A stretch of 64,000 nucleotides of DNA from the human T2T-CHM13v2.0 reference genome, Homo sapiens: NCBI RefSeq assembly GCF_009914755.1, contig NC_060935.1; one strand, 5' to 3'. This document shows, piece by piece, positions 57,868-64,000 of this stretch (its first letter is position 1; the number at the start of each line of letters is the position of its first letter). The position numbers and the translations under genes are program-made. Below the pieces are notes generated by a model. That model saw only the letters and a program-made list of their open reading frames with translations. It was not told the origin of the DNA and searched no databases.

Positions 57868-59344
57868 TGTATGTATATTTTTTAAGGGAAGGTTCAAGTT
57901 AATGGTGTGGAAAATGTATAGGAGTGGAAAGATAGGAAAGGTAGGAAGACAAATAGGGATTTTATTGTAGAAATCCAGGTAAGAATTAGTGAGTCTCTGA
58001 AAAAGACCACTGGTAGTAGAAATTGTAAATAAAGGACAGATTATAAGGAATAGAATAAATAAGGATTGGGGCTGTGGGAGATTTAGGAATAAATAAAAAT
58101 CAAGGTTAACTCCTACTTTTCTAACCATGACAACTGGGATAGTGGCATACAAAGAAATTGAGCACAGAGCAGAGTAGGAGAACTGTTTATGCTTGGAAGA
58201 CTCCAGAGAGTAAACATTTTCCGGGAACTTTCGGCTTAAATTTACTTAATAGGTAAATAGAATTCCAAATTCCAAGAACTCATTCATTTACTCTCAAACC
58301 CGTTTCTCATAAAACCTGTCATCTCCAAAAGGTTAGCTCGAGAACTGAATTACTTAGATACAAAGAAAGTGATATGTGTGGGTAAGCATATTAAAACAGA
58401 GATATGAGGGGCAAAGGTTATTTTCATAGGCTTTTGAATCTGGTACTATCTTTGAACGCACAAATGGAAGAAGAAGCTAAAACATTTGGTATCTTTCTCT
58501 CACCAGTAAGAGGCTATAAACCTGCAAAGTATTATTCACTGAAGCCAGAGGAAATCCCCATCACCATGACTACACAAATAGAAATTTGCCACCAGAGTGG
58601 TAACTAGCTAATTGAATTAGTGAAATTTATCCTTCAGTGTCAGACTCCCAGAAATGAGGAAATGAGAGAGAAAGAGGAGAGGGAACAGAAACACCATCAG
58701 CTGCTATTTATTGGCTATGTGTATACATAGTTGCTACACTAAACCTTATGTGTATGTTGGCACTAGCTACTCCCCTTGTCTGGGATGTTCTTTGCCAAGA
58801 CCTTCACAAAGGTGATCCTCTTAGATCTTCTTTTAACTTAAGTTTGCTTAAGTATTTATGTGACCTGTGTCACTTAAGATTACTTCTAACACATATACAG
58901 ACACAGCTCTCATTTTTCTCTACCATACGGTGATGCTAATGGTAATGAAAGATGCCAATTTATGCTAGGATATCTTATTTTCAATAATTTCTCTCATCCT
59001 TTCCATGTATAGAGTACTTCGTACTTTTCAAATATATAAACTAATTTGATTCTGTACAATAATCCTGTTCAGGAACTACTGATAAGCCAGTATTATTACC
59101 CCATTTCAGACTTGAGAAAAATAAGGGTCAGAGAGGATAAAGTGAGTTTACTAAGATTACTAGTATAATAAATGGAAACCTCAAGTCTATATTTTCTGAA
59201 TCTTGATCCAACACATATTCTCAGATTGCCTTTGGTGAAACATACATACATGCAACAAGACAGGTCCCTCAGGTAGCTATAATCATGGGTAATCTGCTTT
59301 AAGAAAATCTTATATTCCAAACATTCAAATTAAATAATGGATAA

Positions 59345-59720
<376 letters not shown>

Positions 59721-60394
59721 TGAGCGCAGTAAATGTGTAAATGTTATCTAAGTTGTAAAATTTCATTTGCAGTTGTTTCCTCTGCAGACCCACATTTGTC
59801 TGAGAATATAAGATTTATGTAAAGGTCTTATAAAGGACAATACTCTCAGTCTCATAGCTCTTCATAGCATTGTGTTGTTTTTACTCACAGAATCAAAAAG
59901 GGCTAATGTTATGAAGTAACATCCTGTAATCATGTTTGGAGGGAAAACCATTTACTACAGATGTGTTAACAGATGATTGGTATGATTCATATAATAAAGT
60001 TTTATTTTATTTCTAAAAGTTTAGTTTTACAGACTATGGATATATGTCTGAAAAACTACAAATCTACAACTAATTGTAATTTTAAATTAAGCCCTATATA
60101 AGTGCATTGCTTTTATTTAATTAGATATTTAGGTTGAGAAGGAATGAAATGCAAAGTATATTATCAAGAGTATATTTTAACTAAATAATAACTTTGTTGT
60201 GATTCAATCAGGAGAGAATAATAGTGAATGGGAACATGGATATTAGAGTCATAAAGACTTGAGTTGGAATCCCCACTATAAAACTTATTATTTCTGTGAA
60301 TGCACCTCATCTTTAAGATATGAAGGATCACCAGGTTGGTCTAAAGACTAAACGTGTTTTTATTAAATTCAAGTACCTTCAATGTCCCAGACAT

Positions 60395-60397
<3 letters not shown>

Positions 60398-60436
<39 letters not shown>
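60398..60436. repeat. Perfect (CA)~19 microsatellite
   Basis: Uninterrupted CA run inside a degraded L2. Confidence 0.95.
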
Positions 60437-60437
<1 letters not shown>

Positions 60438-61759
60438 GAAAAAGGAACACAGTTCCTTTCCTTATGGAGTTTCTGTCTAGTCAAAAGAAAGACAAAATAA
60501 TCACACAAATCAGTATGCACTATGAGTTGCTATGTGTGGAAATGTGGCATAAAAATCAGAGTGTACTCCAAGAATACATAAAATTTTAGGAAAGGTAGTG
60601 ACATGTAAGGTGACATCTGGAATATAAGTAGAATTTAGATGGGTGGATGGTCATCTAGAAAAAAAAATAACAAATGGAAGTCGCCGAAACCAAAACATGG
60701 TTGACACCTTCAAAGAACGGCGGGAAGCCAGCAAGGCCAATGTGTCCTTTAGTTTAATGAAAGATAGGGAAGGTAACACAGATTTAAAAGATGGTCTCGT
60801 CCATGTATTTTCAACATTCTTGGAGTGTAAAATACAAGGTATAATGAAAGAAGATAAGACATGAGAGAAATTTAGGTTCTAAGTCAAAAGAGAATCGTAT
60901 ACTTTGGTAAGAATTTGTGTAACTACTCATCTTTCAATAGGTTGCTGAGAGTGATGTTGTTGGGTTTGTGTATTAGAATGATCCTCTTGCAGCTGGATGG
61001 AATACTTAATAAAAGAAAGTTAAGCTATTATATTAATGGCATTAGTATTTCATATGTCTGACACTATTAAATGGTTAATCCCAGGTTATTAAGACAGTCA
61101 TAGAATCTCTTCTCTTTCTACACAAAAAGGTCAGGTTATGTTAAATTTTCCCTACTATTAGCTGTATTTATGCTCCTCTTTGCCACTCAATACATTTTTT
61201 TTCTGATACATCAAGCCCCCTGTTCCAATCTCCCCCACGTAGACATGCCACCTTGCAGACATTTGGTTGGAATGACAAGAATTAGAACCAGTGTCATTGG
61301 CAGGATAAATACAAGAAGTGCACCACAAAAAAAGATACAAAGATAAAGAAGCTATAGACCCTAACAAAGAACAGAGTGCCTACTCCCTACAAGGTAATAT
61401 CCTAAGCATTTTATAGTTCTTATCTCACCGAATTCTTAAAACAACGCTGTGAGATAGGTACCCTTTCATGGATGAGAAAACTGCAGTGCTGAGAAGGTCA
61501 TCCAGCTAGTAAAAGGGGAAACCATTATTTTACTGAACAGGTATAAGAATGGGCAACACAGGTTGTGGCAGAAAATAGGAGAGAGCTCAAATCAGGGGGA
61601 TGAAATGGGAAAGAAGTCTGGGCAAGCTGGGATTTGGAACCAGTTTTAATGATGGATGGAATATCCTATTTCCTTTAAGATAACAAATATCTCAACTTCA
61701 TGATATTTGTGACAGGGTGCTGATCTATCTCTGCATCCTCTATATCTTGTTACTCATAT

Positions 61760-62235
61760 TGGACACCTTACATCCCAGCCATATTGTCCTTCCATTCTTG
61801 AAATGTGCAATTCATTCTCTCTCTCTCCCCCCGCCCCCCACCCACTCTCTCTTTCTCTCTCTCTCTCTCTCCCCACACACCTGCCAGAGCTTTGCCTAAA
61901 ACATTCTCCCAACCCCATTGTGGCTTTCATTCTGCAAATCAGCTTAATTTTCACTTCCTCAGGAAAGCCTCCCCTGATATTTATCCCTGCCTACCCTGCA
62001 ACAAAGCTAATCAGGTTCTTTAGGTATCCCTGTATCCCTATCCTCATTTCCATAGCACTCTATATTCATTTTCTTATCAGACATCACTGCTATTTCTGTA
62101 ATTGGTTGTTTTCCCCATTAGACGAAAGGTTCCATGAGAACAGATTGCCTGTTGTATCCCCACACCTTTCAACATGTCAAGTGCATAGTAAGCATTCAAT
62201 ATATACTTGTTAGATTAATAAAATGAATGAATAAA
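61760..62235 (+). mobile_element. L2 3' end
   Basis: cacttcctcaggaaagcctcccctga...gtaagcattcaatatatacttgtt...atgaatgaataaatg. Confidence 0.75.
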
Positions 62236-63479
62236 TGTGATGCTTCTACCATGGGAGCAACTGTACACCAGCATGAATAAATAGCTTTGTCTATGAACAC
62301 AAGACCACTCAGGAAACCATTTGTTGCCTTGGTGATTTGTTTCATTTTCTCTACATGAAGCTCTGGTGGAAAATAAAAATCATTTTAGCTTTTCCAAATA
62401 CCTTATTTGCAAATATTTCTGTTAAGAATCCACTTACAAAAGGACAAGATGCCACCTTTTAAAAATTAAAGTCATAATAAAAAATATTATATTCACCAGC
62501 TGTGATAAAAATATTTTTAATGCCTGGCAATAACTTTTATTTCCTTTCAGTAATTCTGAGTGATTTTTAATTCTTATTAAAGATAGTGGGTTGACAGAGG
62601 CAAAGAGTGAAATCATATTTACAAAACAGATGTAGTATTAACTACATCAAGAAAAGCTTCTTTTGTGCTGCCTGGTCCACTTTTCACTCTGCTATGTGAA
62701 TTTTATTATGTACATTAACCTGTTATACATAATAAAAATGAATAGTACCATCATGCCTTTATTAACAAATTATAGCAGTAACTTAACATATTGCAGTTTT
62801 ATTTGTAGATTTTTTTTAAACTTTTTCAAATGTATAAGTATGGTTAATGGATATCTGAAATTATGCCAATGTGTGATTCACCCACTACTACTATTTAAGA
62901 TACTTAACCTAAACAATTTTATCTTCAGAGAAAATATAGAATAATGTTAGATTCAAAATAGAAAAGGAAATACCTCAGAGATGCAATAAAATATACTCAT
63001 TTTAAAGAAAAAGACAATGGTGGCCAAATGCCTTTGGGTGCCCATGGTCAGAAAGTAGAGATTTACTTTTCGCAGTTCCACACTTTTTTCTGTTCTTATA
63101 TCAAATCCTTTATGTTATTACATATGATACTTGAGAATTCCTAAGCAGTAAAAGAAAAATTCTATTGACTCCTTGCATTTCATTAAATTAGGCAGAATAT
63201 TCTGCCTGCGATCCAGAACTATTGTCCTATTGCCCAATCATGTAAACTCATGGCTCTGCCTAACATTATTTTCCTTATATTTTAGTTGTGAAACTTATTG
63301 GGATTATTTATCTTTCAACTACTCAAAACATACGTAGGGAATTCCATTATATAAAATGTGTTGCATTAGTTATTGGATTGTGTTTAGCCAGTGTTATTGA
63401 GATGACTTCATTTACCTCAATGATCATACTGAGGGGTATTCATTAAAGTTATAAATTGTGAGTTGCTGAATAAATTATA

Positions 63480-63700
63480 CTATATACACATTTTTCCATA
63501 TACCAGGAATTGTGCTAAGTACTTTACATACTCCACCACAACATCACTTAGACATAGGTAATATATCCTTTTCGAAGATGAAGAAATCAGTGTTTGAGGA
63601 AGTTAAACAACTTATCCACATCTTAAAACTAATACATGTCAGAACAACAATTTAAATCCAAGTCTCGCTCCAGTATCCTGCTATTCACACTAAAACATGT
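63480..63700 (-). mobile_element. MIR SINE
   Basis: gatgaagaaatcagtgtttgaggaagttaaacaacttatcca. Confidence 0.65.
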
Positions 63701-64000
63701 TCCTTCTCTTTCTCAGAAGTGATATCTGTGACAAAAGAGTTAAACTTGAAACTGGACAGAAACATTTGAGAAAAAGAGATGACTCAATCTTCTGAAAGTG
63801 GGTTGCCTGAGCATTTGACAAGACTTGGGATCCATGTGACAGAAACTCTGTATTTATGAATACTCTGATGATTTCCTAGTCTACAAGATCTTACTCCAAA
63901 TCTGATACATTCTGCAAATCAATCTAACTAGACTGGAGCTCTTAAGACTTTAAACAATCTGAGTTAAATGGGGTAAGATCTAAGGTGGGATTATTTTATC

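Overview
AT-rich human (primate) intronic or intergenic DNA made up mostly of interspersed repeats; an AluYb8 copy points to Homo sapiens. No intact protein-coding gene is visible, and the long ORFs are LINE-1 ORF2 and Tigger1 transposase remnants. Main landmarks: (1) a twin-primed, 5'-inverted L1PA4/5 inside an older L1PB; (2) a minus-strand MER4-type provirus carrying a MER39 solo LTR, which carries a circularly permuted 18S rRNA fragment; (3) a young AluYb8; (4) a nest of L2 > Tigger1 > (MSTB, Ricksha > (L1MA3 > AluS, THE1)); (5) an LTR12/HERV9 element with three tandem tRNA-Arg primer-binding sites and an inverted copy of its own U3 end; (6) a few unassigned candidate exons, the best at ~33.6-33.9 kb. 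Subfamily names come from recalled consensus features, not from a database search, and boundaries of old MIR/L2 fragments are approximate.
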